A stretch of 63,427 bases of DNA, the filler included, from Octopus bimaculoides (lineage: Eukaryota): the NCBI RefSeq assembly GCF_001194135.2. It is 3 parts of 3 records of this genome, joined end to end, with 100 filler letters (N's around TTAATTAATTAA, not from the genome) between each part and the next. Parts side by side here need not be neighbours in the genome. Positions count along the whole stretch, not along the records: positions 50,186 to 63,427 come from NC_069007.1; 2 more parts are not named here. One strand, 5' to 3'. Of the stretch, positions 61,318 to 63,427 are shown piece by piece. The notes beneath the pieces were generated by a model that saw only the letters and a program-made list of their open reading frames with translations, ran no database searches and was not told where the DNA came from. Position 1 is the stretch's first letter, and each line of letters opens with the position of its first letter. Made by a program: the position numbers and the translations under genes.

Positions 61318-61700
61318 CATCATCATCATCATCATCATCACCACCACCGCCACCGCCTTCTCCTCCTACTTCTTCTTCTTCTTCTCCCCCTCCTCCTCGT
61401 CCATCATCATCATCATCATCACCACCACCACCGCCTCCTCCTCCTCCTCCTTGTTCTTCTTCTCCATCATCACCATCATCATCCTCATCACCACCACCAC
61501 CGCCTCCTCCTCCTCCTTGTTCTTCTTCTCCTCCATCATCACCATCATCATCGCCATCTTCTTCCTCCTCCTCCTCCTCATCCATCATCATCATCCTCAT
61601 CACCACCACCGCCGCCTCCTCCTCCTTGTTCTTCTCCTCCATCATCACCATCATCATCGCCATCTTCCTCCTCCTCCTGTCCTTCCTCCTCCTCCTCGTC
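61318..61700. repeat. (CAT)/(CAC)/(CCT) low-complexity tract with higher-order units
   Basis: Anchor tccttgttctt occurs three times. Confidence 0.9.
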
Positions 61701-61938
61701 AATTTAATGCCCAACGTTACCATGCTTGCATGGGCTGGAGGGAATTTTGTCCAGGCAGATATTCTTCTACAGCTTGATGCCCGTCCTTTCAGCAACTGTC
61801 ACCTTTTTACCAAGCAAAATAATATTTCTCCAATTCCAACCAAATTTCTCACGGAACACTGGAAACAAACAACACATCGCTTTACAAAGCTGAAACTGGT
61901 TCGCAACCATTACGTGAAGTCGAAACAAGTGTACACGC

Positions 61939-61983
<45 letters not shown>

Positions 61984-62924
61984 CTAACCCCCATTCCGCA
62001 TATTCATTCACGTCACGAAACCCAAGTGATTTCATCTTTGTATAGTNNNNNNNNNNNNNNNNNNNNNNNNNNNNNNNNNNNNNNNNNNNNNNNNNNNNNN
62101 NNNNNNNNNNNNNNNNNNNNNNNNNNNNNNNNNNNNNNNNNNNNNNNNNNNNNNNNNNNNNNNNNNNNNNNNNNNNNNNNNNNNNNNNNNNNNNNNNNNN
62201 NNNNNNNNNNNNNNNNNNNNNNNNNNNNNNNNNNNNNNNNNNNNNNNNNNNNNNNNNNNNNNNNNNNNNNNNNNNNNNNNNNNNNNNNNNNNNNNNNNNN
62301 NNNNNNNNNNNNNNNNNNNNNNNNNNNNNNNNNNNNNNNNNNNNNNNNNNNNNNNNNNNNNNNNNNNNNNNNNNNNNNNNNNNNNNNNNNNNNNNNNNNN
62401 NNNNNNNNNNNNNNNNNNNNNNNNNNNNNNNNNNNNNNNNNNNNNNNNNNNNNNNNNNNNNNNNNNNNNNNNNNNNNNNNNNNNNNNNNNNNNNNNNNNN
62501 NNNNNNNNNNNNNNNNNNNNNNNNNNNNNNNNNNNNNNNNNNNNNNNNNNNNNNNNNNNNNNNNNNNNNNNNNNNNNNNNNNNNNNNNNNNNNNNNNNNN
62601 NNNNNNNNNNNNNNNNNNNNNNNNNNNNNNNNNNNNNNNNNNNNNNNNNNNNNNNNNNNNNNNNNNNNNNNNNNNNNNNNNNNNNNNNNNNNNNNNNNNN
62701 NNNNNNNNNNNNNNNNNNNNNNNNNNNNNNNNNNNNNNNNNNNNNNNNNNNNNNNNNNNNNNNNNNNNNNNNNNNNNNNNNNNNNNNNNNNNNNNNNNNN
62801 NNNNNNNNNNNNNNNNNNNNNNNNNNNNNNNNNNNNNNNNNNNNNNNNNNNNNNNNNNNNNNNNNNNNNNNNNNNNNNNNNNNNNNNNNNNNNNNNNNNN
62901 NNNNNNNNNNNNNNNNTATATTCT

Positions 62925-63420
62925 AGGGAATAAATGATGGATTTTTTTCCCTTATGAGGTTTTTTCACGCTAGCTACTTGATAAGTTCTTGTAAAAGATC
63001 TTATCCTATTATTGAATTAATTAAATATATAACCGGAATATATTCAGTGCTGAATTTTATTCCGAAAAAAAAAAAACACGTATACCGAAATGCAATTCAA
63101 AAAAAGCCCGCCTTTTACATAGATATATAGAGATAAACAATCTTCTATGTACGATGCCGGATACATGGGGTGTTCGTTTTGGTATGTTGAATCTTTTGTT
63201 TATTTTTATGTATTTTGACCATACTCTACTGATGATCAGAAGTTACATATTGTAATAACTGTGAAATCGATTAGATATATAGTTCAGTCTGTTTTTAAGA
63301 GGCCAATTTTTGAGAGTTGCATTTCCTCGCGTTCGGTAAAAATGTGTTTATTATGGTAGTTTGACCTTAGCAGTCCCTCATAGCGTGAGGCATTATTATA
63401 TAGTAATGCCCTTATATATA
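62925..63420. repeat. Interspersed repeat J (block Q, spacer, block P), Penelope-pLTR-like
   Basis: Both blocks match 17975-18215 in swapped order; the spacer carries a hammerhead-like motif. Confidence 0.8.
63220..63282 (+). ncRNA. Hammerhead-ribozyme-like motif
   Basis: tcta-CTGATGA(63229-35)-t-cag-aa-gttac-atatt-gtaat-aa-ctg-t-GAAA(63263-66)-tcgat-taga; palindromic AATCGATT stem III. Confidence 0.5.
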
Positions 63421-63427
63421 TATATAT

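Overview
AT-rich eukaryotic genomic DNA with many assembly gaps (N runs). The SINE, microsatellite and MITE content suggests a cephalopod, probably Octopus; this is an inference and was not database-checked. Only one host coding region is well supported: an acyl-CoA thioesterase (ACOT/BAAT/ACNAT family) reading frame at 9112-10029. It is intron-free over about 305 codons, and its 5' part is lost in a gap. The rest is a transposon graveyard. It holds an LTR retrotransposon pol with its 3' LTR at the left edge, an internally deleted L1/Tx1 LINE, several R4/Dong-type LINE remnants and an RTE remnant. It also holds mariner, Tc1, hAT and Tigger-like fragments, TTAA MITEs, Helentron-like HINEs and about 30 copies of several tRNA-derived SINE families (labelled A-G here for convenience). 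The most unusual items are: a three-arm, CpG-rich fold-back structure interleaved with telomeric repeats (15910-16154); two hammerhead-ribozyme-like motifs in Penelope-like repeats (38.2 kb, 63.2 kb); a 19-bp minisatellite framed by splice-consensus sites; and several closely spaced inverted repeats near the ACOT gene. No CRISPR array, rRNA or bona fide tRNA gene is supported. Repeat boundaries were read by eye and are approximate unless stated.
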